DNA from: Acutalibacteraceae bacterium
Lineage (GTDB): Bacteria > Bacillota > Clostridia > Oscillospirales > Acutalibacteraceae
Direction of reading: 5' to 3'
NCBI GenBank assembly: GCA_045579085.1
Contig: JAZNLO010000010.1
Span: forward strand, 12,163 to 76,162
Length of the DNA stretch: 64,000 bases
This document shows positions 17,416 to 26,297 of this stretch, piece after piece (positions within the stretch are counted from its first letter, which is position 1; every line of letters begins with the position of its first letter). The position numbers and the translations under genes were made by a program. The notes under the pieces are model-generated. The model had not been told where the DNA came from, did no database searches, and saw nothing but the letters and a program-made list of their open reading frames with translations.

Positions 17416-18360
17416 ATGCACGAAATACCCGTATACCTTTTTACAGGCTTTTTAGAGTCAGGTAAAACAAAGTTTATACAGGATACGTTTGAGGATAAGC
17501 GCTTCCATAACGGCGAGCCTACATTGTTGCTTGTGTGCGAGGAGGGCGAGGAGGAATATGACGCCTCACGTTTTGCGGGGCCAAACGTTACTATTAGAGT
17601 GGTAGAGGAAGAAAGCTGGCTCACACCCGATAGACTAGCAGCAGCCGCAAAGCGTTGCAATGCAAAGAGGGTTGTGATTGAGTACAACGGAATGTGGCAG
17701 TTATCCTCGCTTTATAACGCAATGCCGTACAACTGGAACGTATATCAGGAGCTGATGTTTGCAGATGCAAATACGTTTTTGAGTTATAATACCAATATGC
17801 GCAGTCTGGTTGTTGACAAGCTTCAGGGCTGTGAAATGGTTATATTCAACCGTTGCAAGCAAGAGCTCGACAAGTTGCCGCTGCACAAGATAGTCAGAGG
17901 CATCAGCCGCCGCGCCGATATTGCCTATGATTATGAAACGGGTGAGGTGGAGTATGACGATATCGAAGACCCACTGCCGTTTGACGTTGAGGCGGATATC
18001 ATTGAAATTGCCGACATAGATTACGCGCTCTGGTATAGAGATTTAAGCGAAGAGCAAGATAAATATGTAGGCAAAACAGTTCGGTTTAAGGGAATAGTAG
18101 CGGCAGACGGAAAACTGCCTAAAGATACCTTTGTAATCGGCAGACACATAATGACCTGTTGCGCCGATGATATACGCTATGGCGGACTTATAGCCATTTG
18201 GGAATCGGGCGAAAAGGTCAACACAAGAGATTGGCTGGATGTAACTGCAGAGGTTGCAGTTGAATACAACAAGGCTTACAGAGGTAAAGGACCTGTTCTA
18301 AAAATAAAATCAGCACAGCACTCCACACCTCCGAAAGAAGAGGTAGTAACATTCTATTGA
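17416..18360 (+). CDS. G3E-family GTPase N-domain fused to a DUF1980/TIGR03943-like CC-motif C-terminal domain
   Basis: AAGGAG RBS and P-loop GFLESGKT. There is no CxCC motif. The C-terminus reads FVIGRHIMTCCADDIRYGGL ... PPKEEVVTFY. The domain assignment comes from memory of the family signature. Confidence 0.6.
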   Translation: MHEIPVYLFTGFLESGKTKFIQDTFEDKRFHNGEPTLLLVCEEGEEEYDASRFAGPNVTIRVVEEESWLTPDRLAAAAKRCNAKRVVIEYNGMWQLSSLYNAMPYNWNVYQELMFADANTFLSYNTNMRSLVVDKLQGCEMVIFNRCKQELDKLPLHKIVRGISRRADIAYDYETGEVEYDDIEDPLPFDVEADIIEIADIDYALWYRDLSEEQDKYVGKTVRFKGIVAADGKLPKDTFVIGRHIMTCCADDIRYGGLIAIWESGEKVNTRDWLDVTAEVAVEYNKAYRGKGPVLKIKSAQHSTPPKEEVVTFY

Positions 18361-18367
18361 TTAAGTC

Positions 18368-18396
18368 TTGATTTTTTTAACAATATATAGTAGAAT
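18368..18396 (+). promoter_or_regulatory. sigma-A-type promoter for fba
   Basis: TTGATT, 17-nt spacer, TAGAAT. Confidence 0.45.
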
Positions 18397-18431
18397 AACA
18401 ATGTAAAATTTCTTTAAAGGAGTCAATATAA

Positions 18432-19295
18432 ATGTTAGTATCAGCAAAAGAAATGTTAAACAAAGCAAAAGCCGGTCATTACGCAGTCGGCCAGTTTAAT
18501 ATTAACAACCTTGAGTGGACTAAAGCCATTCTCCTCACAGCACAGGAGCTCAACTCTCCCGTAATACTGGGCGTTTCTGAAGGCGCAGGTAAGTATATGT
18601 GCGGCTATACCACCATCGTTGGAATGGTTAACGGTATGATTAAGGAGCTCGGTATCACTGTTCCTGTTGCTCTTCACCTTGACCACGGCAGCTACGAGGG
18701 CGCTCTCAAGTGCATCGAGGCTGGCTTCTCATCAGTAATGTTTGATGGTTCACATTATCCGATTGAGGAAAACATTGCAAAAACTAAGGAGCTCGTTGCT
18801 CTTACCGATAAGCTCGGCCTTTCATTAGAGGCAGAGGTTGGCTCAATCGGCGGCGAGGAAGACGGCGTTGTAGGCGCTGGCGAAGTTGCTGACCCGAACG
18901 AGTGCAAAATGATAGCTGATTTGGGTGTAACAATGCTCGCAGCAGGCATAGGTAACATTCACGGCAAGTATCCTGAAAACTGGGGCGGCTTGAGCTTCGA
19001 AACTCTCGATGCAATTCAGGAGCTCACTGGTGATATGCCTCTCGTTCTCCACGGCGGCACAGGTATCCCTGCTGAGATGATTCAAAAGGCTATCTCGCTC
19101 GGCGTTTCTAAGATTAACGTTAACACTGAGTGTCAGCTTGCTTTTGCTGCTGCAACACGTGAGTATGTTGAGGCTGGAAAAGACCTTCAGGGCAAGGGCT
19201 TTGACCCGAGAAAGCTTCTCGCACCCGGCTTTGAGGCTATCAAGGCAACAGTTAAAGAGAAGATGGAACTTTTCGGCTCTGTTGGCAAGGCTTAA
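18432..19295 (+). CDS. fba: class II fructose-1,6-bisphosphate aldolase
   Basis: Contains GHYAVGQFNINNLEW, LHLDHG and LVLHGGTG. Confidence 0.92.
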   Translation: MLVSAKEMLNKAKAGHYAVGQFNINNLEWTKAILLTAQELNSPVILGVSEGAGKYMCGYTTIVGMVNGMIKELGITVPVALHLDHGSYEGALKCIEAGFSSVMFDGSHYPIEENIAKTKELVALTDKLGLSLEAEVGSIGGEEDGVVGAGEVADPNECKMIADLGVTMLAAGIGNIHGKYPENWGGLSFETLDAIQELTGDMPLVLHGGTGIPAEMIQKAISLGVSKINVNTECQLAFAAATREYVEAGKDLQGKGFDPRKLLAPGFEAIKATVKEKMELFGSVGKA

Positions 19296-19316
19296 ACTAT
19301 ATTTTAAGTTTAATTT

Positions 19317-19338
19317 GGGGATGACTTCGGCCATCCCC
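19317..19338 (+). terminator. terminator after fba
   Basis: ggggatg acttcggc catcccc, followed by attagtttt. Confidence 0.65.
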
Positions 19339-19368
19339 ATTAGTTTTATCTATAAAGGAGGGGAGAGT

Positions 19369-20028
19369 ATGCATATCCCATCGGGCTGCTCAAGCGATTT
19401 GAATATTGACCTGTTTTACGATGCCGTTGAGGAAGCCGAGCGCACACGTGTGGAAGAATACGACCACGCAAAATGGCTCTATGTCCCAAACAGCTATAAG
19501 GATTATCGTTACATATTGGGCACAAGAGGAATAAATCCATTGATATGTATAGGCATTAACCCCTCAACCGCCGCGCCTGACGACCTTGACAACACGTTAA
19601 AATCCGTTGAGAGAATCGCACTCGTAAACGGGTATGACAGTTGGATAATGTTCAACGTCTATGCCCAGAGGGCAACAAATCCCGACGATATGGACAAAAG
19701 CTTTAATTTAAAGCTGCATGAGGAAAATATGAAAGCCTTTGAGTATGTGTTAAAGCTTTACCCAGAGGGGAATACACCGTCAGTCTGGGCAGCGTGGGGA
19801 ACGATTATCGAGAAGCGAGGGTACCTTTGCGATTGCGTCAGCGATATGATTGAACTGGGCACACGCTACGGAGCTAAGTGGTACACCGCTGGCAAGATTT
19901 CGCAAAAAGGCCACCCTCACCATCCGCTTTACTTAAAAAAGGACGAAAAGGTAAATCTGTTCGATATCAATGCGTACCTCGATTTGCTCAGGCAACAGTC
20001 TGTTATAAAACCAAAGCGAAAAAAGTAA
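19369..20028 (+). CDS. DUF1643-like protein of unknown function
   Basis: ATG at 19369 follows GGAGGGGAG. Contains LICIGINPSTA...LDNTL...GYDSWIMFNVYAQRATNP. The ORF-track start at 19138 overlaps fba and its terminator. Confidence 0.6.
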   Translation: MHIPSGCSSDLNIDLFYDAVEEAERTRVEEYDHAKWLYVPNSYKDYRYILGTRGINPLICIGINPSTAAPDDLDNTLKSVERIALVNGYDSWIMFNVYAQRATNPDDMDKSFNLKLHEENMKAFEYVLKLYPEGNTPSVWAAWGTIIEKRGYLCDCVSDMIELGTRYGAKWYTAGKISQKGHPHHPLYLKKDEKVNLFDINAYLDLLRQQSVIKPKRKK

Positions 20029-20035
20029 AAAATAA

Positions 20036-20065
20036 AACCGCTCGAAGATTTTTCTTCGAGCGGTT
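20036..20065. terminator. bidirectional terminator between the DUF1643 gene and the prs-like gene
   Basis: aaccgctcgaag attttt cttcgagcggtt. Confidence 0.8.
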
Positions 20066-20080
20066 TGTTTATAATTTGAT

Positions 20081-21190
20081 TTATTGTTTAGAAAGAAGAG
20101 CTTTAATTTTGTCGATAGGAGCAAGAAGACCGCTCATAGATGCATCGTGATTGAGAGTGTCAATAATCAAAGCGATGTACTTAGACATATCAACACGGCA
20201 ATACCAAGGCTTAGTGGTAAGCTCAGGCTTAGCGTAAACAAGGTTTGTAGTAAACACCTTGTCGATATAACCTGCTTCATAAGCCTTGTCGAAGTTTTCA
20301 AAGCCTTCAACGAAGAGACCGAATGAAGCGAATACGAAGATTCTGCGAGCCTTGCGCTCCTTGAGTTTCTTACCGATATCAAGCACTGAGTCACCTGAAG
20401 AAATCATATCGTCAACGATGATAACGTCCTTGCCTGAGATATCGTTACCGAGATACTCGTGAGCCTCAATGGGATTACGACCGTTAACGATGATGGAATA
20501 ATTGCGGCGCTTATAGAACATACCAAGGTCAACGCCCAAAACGGATGAGTAGTAGATGCAACGTCCCATACCGCCCTTGTCGGGAGATACGATGGTAATG
20601 TTGTCCTTGTCCAGTTTAACGTCAGGGATAGCTTTTTTAAGAGCCTTAAGCATCTGGTATGTAGGATGAACGTTTTCGAAGCCCTCAAGAGGAATAGCGT
20701 TCTGAACTCTGGGGTCGTGCGCATCGAAGGTGATAATGTTGGTAACACCCATTGCAACGAGCTCTTGGAGAGCGAGAGCGCAGTCGAGCGATTCTCTGGC
20801 GCTTCTGCGATGCTGTCTGCCCTCATAGAGCATAGGCATAATAACAGTGATACGGCGAGCCTTGCCGCCGAGCGCAGCAATGATACGCTTAAGGTCTTGG
20901 AAATGGTCATCAGGACTCATTGGAACGAGCTCGTTATACATACGGTACTTGATGCCGTAGTTAAACACATCGCAGATGATAAAAATGTCGTGACCTCTAA
21001 CGGAGGTTTTGACAAGACCTTTAGCCTCACCCGAGCCAAAACGAGGGCAAGTGATGGGGATATTGTAGGTTTCGATATCGTCGCCCCTCCACTCGTGGAT
21101 GTAAGCGTCAACTTTTTCTGCGATTTGCTCGCAGCCCGGCATACTGATTATACCGAGAGGACCGACAACAGAGTTGTTTTTTTCAGACAT
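20081..21190 (-). CDS. ribose-phosphate diphosphokinase family protein, divergent long form (369 aa)
   Basis: The two-domain PRTase layout is present with a PRPP loop VIIVDDMISSGDS. The regulatory-flap region is non-canonical (FDAHDPRVQNAIP rather than DLHA..Q..GFF). The protein carries about 50 extra residues. Confidence 0.65.
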   Translation of the reverse strand: MSEKNNSVVGPLGIISMPGCEQIAEKVDAYIHEWRGDDIETYNIPITCPRFGSGEAKGLVKTSVRGHDIFIICDVFNYGIKYRMYNELVPMSPDDHFQDLKRIIAALGGKARRITVIMPMLYEGRQHRRSARESLDCALALQELVAMGVTNIITFDAHDPRVQNAIPLEGFENVHPTYQMLKALKKAIPDVKLDKDNITIVSPDKGGMGRCIYYSSVLGVDLGMFYKRRNYSIIVNGRNPIEAHEYLGNDISGKDVIIVDDMISSGDSVLDIGKKLKERKARRIFVFASFGLFVEGFENFDKAYEAGYIDKVFTTNLVYAKPELTTKPWYCRVDMSKYIALIIDTLNHDASMSGLLAPIDKIKALLSKQ

Positions 21191-21315
21191 AAAAAAGCCC
21201 CTTCCGTAATATTAAAATACACACATCTTTATTTTAACATAAAAACAAAATTTTACAATGGGGTAATTTGACATAAAATGAAAAAAATATTAAGATTTCG
21301 TCGATAATTTTTATT

Positions 21316-22206
21316 CTAATTGCCGATAAGCACATTATATTTCTCTAAAAGGGCAATAGGGCAGTAGCTAAGCTTAGATTTTCTTAACCCCTCAACGCCG
21401 TCATCTTCTTCGCGGTTTATATACAAAACGTTCTCTGTAGCAAAGTGTTCGGCAAACTGTGATACGAGCGCTTGATAGATGCCTGAATATTCGTGCAACG
21501 CCTTTTCGACGTGAACAAACATCGTGTCGCCCACAATTTCGCCCAGCGAAACAGCAACGATTTCGTCGTCAAGCTCCAAGAACGCGCCAAATCCGCCTAT
21601 TTTAAGGATATAGTCAAACATTTCAACGCTTGATTCACCCTCTTGGACAGCCATGTTCTCATCACCCTGAAGCTTGTCTACAAACATTTTGCAAAACTCT
21701 TTTGCTCTGGCTATGTTATTCTCGTTAATTTCAACGAAACGGCAGTCGGGGTAGCTGCGCTTAAATCGGTTAACGTGATTGCGCTTTGAGCTCAGCTTTT
21801 TGCCGCCAAAAGTGCGCATCTTTTCCGCTTCGTACAGGTAATCCCAGTAATCTCGGTTGGTGGAAACGCTCATTCTGTTGCCATACTTTTGCTTAAGAAA
21901 ATCAAGCTGGCTTTCAGGCACGTCTGAAAGTAAAAAATCAATGCTGTTTTCCTTTGCATAAGCCTCAATGCTGTTAAGCGCGCTATCGATATTTTTACCA
22001 ACGGGATACGCAAAATAAATGTTGCCGTCAGCGAACTTTCCACGCATAACAAGGCAACCGTCAGTCACACAGTGGTGTGTGTCGAGGTGATTGCGCCACA
22101 TCATAACAGCGCCAACGGAATAGTCACAAGTACGACAGCTTTGCAGTGCAAAGTAGCTTTTAAGCAGGTCTATATGGCTGATATCTGTTTTTTCAAAAAC
22201 CATCAT
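21316..22206 (-). CDS. DUF2156-like protein (related to the MprF C-terminal aminoacyl-PG synthase domain / GNAT fold)
   Basis: The start is at the MMVFEK ATG after AGGAG. Contains CDYSVGAVMMWRNH and KKLSSKRNHVNRFKRSY. The family call is from memory. Confidence 0.55.
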   Translation of the reverse strand: MMVFEKTDISHIDLLKSYFALQSCRTCDYSVGAVMMWRNHLDTHHCVTDGCLVMRGKFADGNIYFAYPVGKNIDSALNSIEAYAKENSIDFLLSDVPESQLDFLKQKYGNRMSVSTNRDYWDYLYEAEKMRTFGGKKLSSKRNHVNRFKRSYPDCRFVEINENNIARAKEFCKMFVDKLQGDENMAVQEGESSVEMFDYILKIGGFGAFLELDDEIVAVSLGEIVGDTMFVHVEKALHEYSGIYQALVSQFAEHFATENVLYINREEDDGVEGLRKSKLSYCPIALLEKYNVLIGN

Positions 22207-22275
22207 AACATCTCCTGTGTAGATAATTATATTACCACAAGTTAGCGTTTTCAAGCATAAAATCAAAAAATAAAG

Positions 22276-22304
22276 TTGATTATGAGCGAGATATTTGATA
22301 TAAT
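22276..22304 (+). promoter_or_regulatory. sigma-A-type promoter for thyX-tmk
   Basis: TTGATT, 17-nt spacer, TATAAT, with TGn. Confidence 0.55.
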
Positions 22305-22348
22305 CTATGTAATAGTGTAACCATGTTTCAGATAGAGAGGTATTGAGA

Positions 22349-23113
22349 ATGAAAGTTAAGCTCTTAGCCCATACTCCTGAGCCAACAAAAACAATCGCAG
22401 CAGCGGCAAAGTTGTGCTATTCAGCCGCATCGATTGACACAATCCGTGACGGTCTTGACGACGAAAAAGCATCAAGCTTTGTGCAGATGCTTTCCGAGAT
22501 AGGTCACGAGAGCCCGATTGAGCACGCAACCTTCACCTTCGGAATAGAGGGTGTTTCACGCTCGCTGCTTGCGCAGATTACACGTCACCGCATAGCATCG
22601 TTCAGCGTGCAGAGTCAGCGTTATGTAAAAGAGGACCAGTTTGAGTATGTGTTGCCTCCTGAAATTAAGCAAAATGCAGAGGCAAAGAGAATCTATGTTG
22701 AGAATATGCAGCAGGCACAGCGTGATTATGACCGTCTTGCAGAAATATTAACTGCAAAGCATAAGGCAGAGTTGATAGCCGCAGGCGTTGATGAAAAGAG
22801 AGCCAGCCGTGACGCTGAAAAGCTTGCTATTGAGGATGCTCGTTTTGTTTTGCCTAATGCGTGCACCACAAAGATGATAGTCACAATGAACGCAAGAAGT
22901 CTTTACAACTTCTTCTCACACCGTTGCTGCAACAGAGCACAGTGGGAGATACGTGAGCTTGCAACTGAAATGCTTAAACTCTGCCGCAAGGCAGCGCCTG
23001 AGCTTTTTGCAAAGTCGGGCCCACCGTGCCTTACAGGCAAGTGCCCTGAGGGCAAAATGACCTGTGGCAAGCCGATACAGATGCGTGAAAAATTTACTAA
23101 TCTCGGAGAATAA
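22349..23113 (+). CDS. thyX: FAD-dependent thymidylate synthase
   Basis: ThyX signature is TRHRIASFSVQSQRY. Confidence 0.92.
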   Translation: MKVKLLAHTPEPTKTIAAAAKLCYSAASIDTIRDGLDDEKASSFVQMLSEIGHESPIEHATFTFGIEGVSRSLLAQITRHRIASFSVQSQRYVKEDQFEYVLPPEIKQNAEAKRIYVENMQQAQRDYDRLAEILTAKHKAELIAAGVDEKRASRDAEKLAIEDARFVLPNACTTKMIVTMNARSLYNFFSHRCCNRAQWEIRELATEMLKLCRKAAPELFAKSGPPCLTGKCPEGKMTCGKPIQMREKFTNLGE

Positions 23114-23114
23114 A

Positions 23115-23771
23115 ATGAGCGGAAAACTGATTGTTATCGAAGGACTTGACGGAAGCGGAAAGTCCACACAGCTTGCGCTTTTGCAAAGCAGAATCAACGA
23201 AGAGGTGCGCTTTGTTAAATTCCCCGATTATGACAGTGCTTCAAGCGCGCTTGTAAAAATGTATCTTAACGGAGATTTCGGCGATAAGCCCGATGATGTC
23301 AACGCTTACGCGGCATCTGCATTTTACGCAGTTGACCGCTTTGCATCGTTTAAAACCGATTGGGGCAAGGACTACTTAAACGGCGCAACCATTCTTTGCG
23401 ACAGATATGCAACCTCAAACGCTGTTCATCAGGCGGCAAAGTTAGCAGAGGACGAGAGGGATGATTACTTAGATTGGCTTTACGATTTTGAATTTGCAAA
23501 GTTAGGTATACCAAAGCCTGACGCAGTAATTTTCCTTGATATGCCAATCGAGGTATCACAAAAGTTGATGACCGCCAGGTATGAGGGCGATGAATGTAAA
23601 AAGGATATCCACGAGCGTGACACAGCGTATCTTGAGCATTGCAGAGAGGCGGCATTGTACGCAGCAAAAAGGCTTGGTTGGTCTGTTGTAATGTGCGCAG
23701 AAAACGGACAACCTAAAACAAGGGAGTCTATTTCGGACGAAATTTTCTCAATCGTCAACAGAATTATGTAA
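23115..23771 (+). CDS. tmk: thymidylate kinase
   Basis: P-loop is IVIEGLDGSGKSTQ. The ATG lies 1 nt after the thyX stop. Confidence 0.9.
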   Translation: MSGKLIVIEGLDGSGKSTQLALLQSRINEEVRFVKFPDYDSASSALVKMYLNGDFGDKPDDVNAYAASAFYAVDRFASFKTDWGKDYLNGATILCDRYATSNAVHQAAKLAEDERDDYLDWLYDFEFAKLGIPKPDAVIFLDMPIEVSQKLMTARYEGDECKKDIHERDTAYLEHCREAALYAAKRLGWSVVMCAENGQPKTRESISDEIFSIVNRIM

Positions 23772-23787
23772 ACCAAAAGGTGAAATT

Positions 23788-24333
23788 ATGATATATTGTT
23801 TTTTAGCATCGGGCTTTGAGGAGATAGAGGCGGTAGCCGCTGTTGACACAGTGCGTCGAGGCGAGTTGGAAGTAAAAACAGTAGGCATAGGCGGTAAGGT
23901 GGTAACGGGCTCACACGGGATAACGGTTACGGCTGATATAGACGAGAGTGAGCTGCACGATATAAGCGACCTTACAGGAGTGATTCTGCCCGGCGGACTG
24001 CCCGGTACGCTCAACTTAGGTAAGAGCGAAATCGTAAAGCATTGCCTTCGCTATGCAAATGATAACGGCAAGCTGCTTGCGGCTATATGCGCAGCGCCGT
24101 CAGTGCTTGGACAGGAGGGCTACCTCGAGGGGAAGCAGGCGGTTTGCTACGATGGCTTTGAGGAATTGCTCGGCGGTGCAACGGTTGGTGAGGGCCGCAC
24201 CTGTGTAAGCAAAAATGTTATAACAGCAATCGGCGCGGGAGCTGCCATTGAATTTGGAGTTGAAATAATCAGGTATTTCAAAGGCTCAGAGTCAGCTGAA
24301 GCGGTCAGGAAGTCAATGAAATGCAAAGAATAG
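23788..24333 (+). CDS. DJ-1/PfpI/ThiJ-family protein
   Basis: Contains GFEEIEAV and the nucleophile-elbow Cys in AAICAAPSVL. Confidence 0.8.
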   Translation: MIYCFLASGFEEIEAVAAVDTVRRGELEVKTVGIGGKVVTGSHGITVTADIDESELHDISDLTGVILPGGLPGTLNLGKSEIVKHCLRYANDNGKLLAAICAAPSVLGQEGYLEGKQAVCYDGFEELLGGATVGEGRTCVSKNVITAIGAGAAIEFGVEIIRYFKGSESAEAVRKSMKCKE

Positions 24334-24905
24334 ATTTGCGTGAGTACAAGGGTAAACTGCGAGCAAAGGTCAAGCAGTTTAGAGGCTCTCTTGAGCCTGA
24401 ATACAAGGCGTCGCTTGACAGTGAGATTAAGAGAAGACTGATTGGCACATATCAGTATAAAAACTGCAAAACAGTTATGATATATGCGTCAACCGCAATA
24501 GAGGTAGACACCTTCGGCATAATCGAGAAAGCTCTGGCAGACGGAAAAAAGGTAGCTATGCCCAGATGTATAACAGGCACAAGGGAAATGAGCTTCCATT
24601 ACGTAGATGATGTGGCTCAGCTAAAAAAAGGCAGCTTCGGCGTGCTTGAGCCAACAGAGGATATGCCGCTTGCGGACAGCCCTGACGAGCCGTTGATGGT
24701 GGTGCCTGCCTTGATGCTGGATAGCTTCGGATACAGGCTCGGCTACGGCGGCGGATATTATGACCGCTATCTTTCCGCTTTCGAGGGTGAAAGCATTGGA
24801 ATATGTTACAGTGAAAATTATTGTTACAGACTTTGTCACGGCAGATATGACGTGCCGCTCGGAGCAGTGCTCACCGACAAATTTGTAAGACGTATAAAGC
24901 GTTAA
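24321..24905 (+). CDS. 5-formyltetrahydrofolate cyclo-ligase
   Basis: The C-terminal motif GYRLGYGGGYYDRYL is present. Confidence 0.85.
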   Translation: MQRIDLREYKGKLRAKVKQFRGSLEPEYKASLDSEIKRRLIGTYQYKNCKTVMIYASTAIEVDTFGIIEKALADGKKVAMPRCITGTREMSFHYVDDVAQLKKGSFGVLEPTEDMPLADSPDEPLMVVPALMLDSFGYRLGYGGGYYDRYLSAFEGESIGICYSENYCYRLCHGRYDVPLGAVLTDKFVRRIKR

Positions 24906-24917
24906 CAGGAGGCAAGT

Positions 24918-26297
24918 ATGGGTGAATTTGATAAGTACAAGGATTTTTTAGAACAAAATCAACCGTCAGATTTGTTTGATGAAGACGAATCGGTTGTGCC
25001 CGAATTGCAAAAGGATGAGGTCCGCTCAAGCGGTGATGATGAATTTGTTATCGGCGAGGGCTTTGATTTAAGTAAGGACTATGAGGGTCAGATACGTTCA
25101 CGCAGGTCTATGGACGAGGTGCCTGTTAAACCGCATCCGCTTTCAATGCGTGACGAGGTTGATTTAAAGCGCATCAGCCGTGATGAAAAGCGCAACAGAA
25201 AGAGAGCAAACAGCAAGTCACCGCTTCGCACCCTTATTTATGTTGCTATAATACTTATAACAGCCGTCGTTTTGGCGGGTGGAGTGCTCATCGGCTTTAA
25301 TGAGGTGCTTGGCATTGGTAAAAACGACACTTGCGTGGTTGTTGTAAAGCAAGGAATGTCAACCTCAGCAATCGCAGAATTGCTTGAGGAGGAGGGCGCA
25401 ATCGACCATCCTCTTGTTTTCAGAATGTACCTTAAACTTAAAAAGCAGGACGGTACTCTCCGTCACGGCGCATATCAGTTCAGCAATTCTCTGGGTTATG
25501 ACGGCATCATTTCTCTATTACAAAAGGGCAACGAGAAGGAATCTGTGTCAGTCAGAATACCTGAGGGAGCCACTATTAACGCTATATGCGAAATAATGGA
25601 AGAGAATAAGGTCTGCACAGCACAGCAGTTTAAGAGTGCGATTAAAAACGGCAAATATGACTATGATTTCGTTAAGGCAATACCTGAGGAGAAGGTCTAT
25701 TTCTTGCTTGAGGGTTATCTCTACCCAGACACATATGATTTCTTCACAGGAGAAACTGAAGAAAACGCACGCTTTGCTATCGACAGAATGCTTGAGAACT
25801 TCGAAACCAAGCTCAACGAGGCCTGCCCCGATTATGAGGACAAGATAAAAGGAATGTCCGAATACGGCATTAAGGACTTAAACGACGTGCTGTCACTTGC
25901 CTCGATAGTGGAGCTTGAGTGCAACGGCTATCCTGACGAAATGGATAACGTAGCAGGTGTGTTTCTTGGCAGACTTATCTGGACTGAGCCTCATTATTTA
26001 GGCTCAACTCCAACCTTCTACTATCCCGATAACCGTTACAACACAAATAATTACGAGCTTTACGATACAAACGGCAAGCTCATCTCAAAAGCGGGCTATG
26101 AGGGACTTCCTCCGGGACCGCAGTGCAGTATGACGGTTGATGCAATCAAGGCGGTGCTCAACCCGAACACAGAATATATTGGCAAGTATTATTACTTTGT
26201 AACAGATGCAAACAGCAAATTCTATTACAACGCCACCTATAAACAGCACAAAGATACAATAAACAGCCTTAAGAACAAGGGATTGTGGGCAGGATGA
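24918..26297 (+). CDS. mltG: endolytic murein transglycosylase MltG (YceG-like) with long N-terminal cytoplasmic extension
   Basis: A single TM lies after about 110 aa. The YceG motif EGYLYPDTYDF is present. Confidence 0.85.
   Translation: MGEFDKYKDFLEQNQPSDLFDEDESVVPELQKDEVRSSGDDEFVIGEGFDLSKDYEGQIRSRRSMDEVPVKPHPLSMRDEVDLKRISRDEKRNRKRANSKSPLRTLIYVAIILITAVVLAGGVLIGFNEVLGIGKNDTCVVVVKQGMSTSAIAELLEEEGAIDHPLVFRMYLKLKKQDGTLRHGAYQFSNSLGYDGIISLLQKGNEKESVSVRIPEGATINAICEIMEENKVCTAQQFKSAIKNGKYDYDFVKAIPEEKVYFLLEGYLYPDTYDFFTGETEENARFAIDRMLENFETKLNEACPDYEDKIKGMSEYGIKDLNDVLSLASIVELECNGYPDEMDNVAGVFLGRLIWTEPHYLGSTPTFYYPDNRYNTNNYELYDTNGKLISKAGYEGLPPGPQCSMTVDAIKAVLNPNTEYIGKYYYFVTDANSKFYYNATYKQHKDTINSLKNKGLWAG

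Noticed and set aside
19138-19368. N-terminal extension of the DUF1643 ORF (track start 19138)
   Set aside because: The extension overlaps the 3' end of fba and runs through the fba terminator hairpin. The ATG at 19369 has a strong GGAGGGGAG RBS.
20404-21271. Large alternative-frame ORFs within the prs-like gene (20404-20910 -, 20666-21271 +)
   Set aside because: Both are nested in or antisense to a 369-aa protein with a clear PRTase architecture. Their translations are low complexity (Ser/Leu/Thr-rich) with no motifs.
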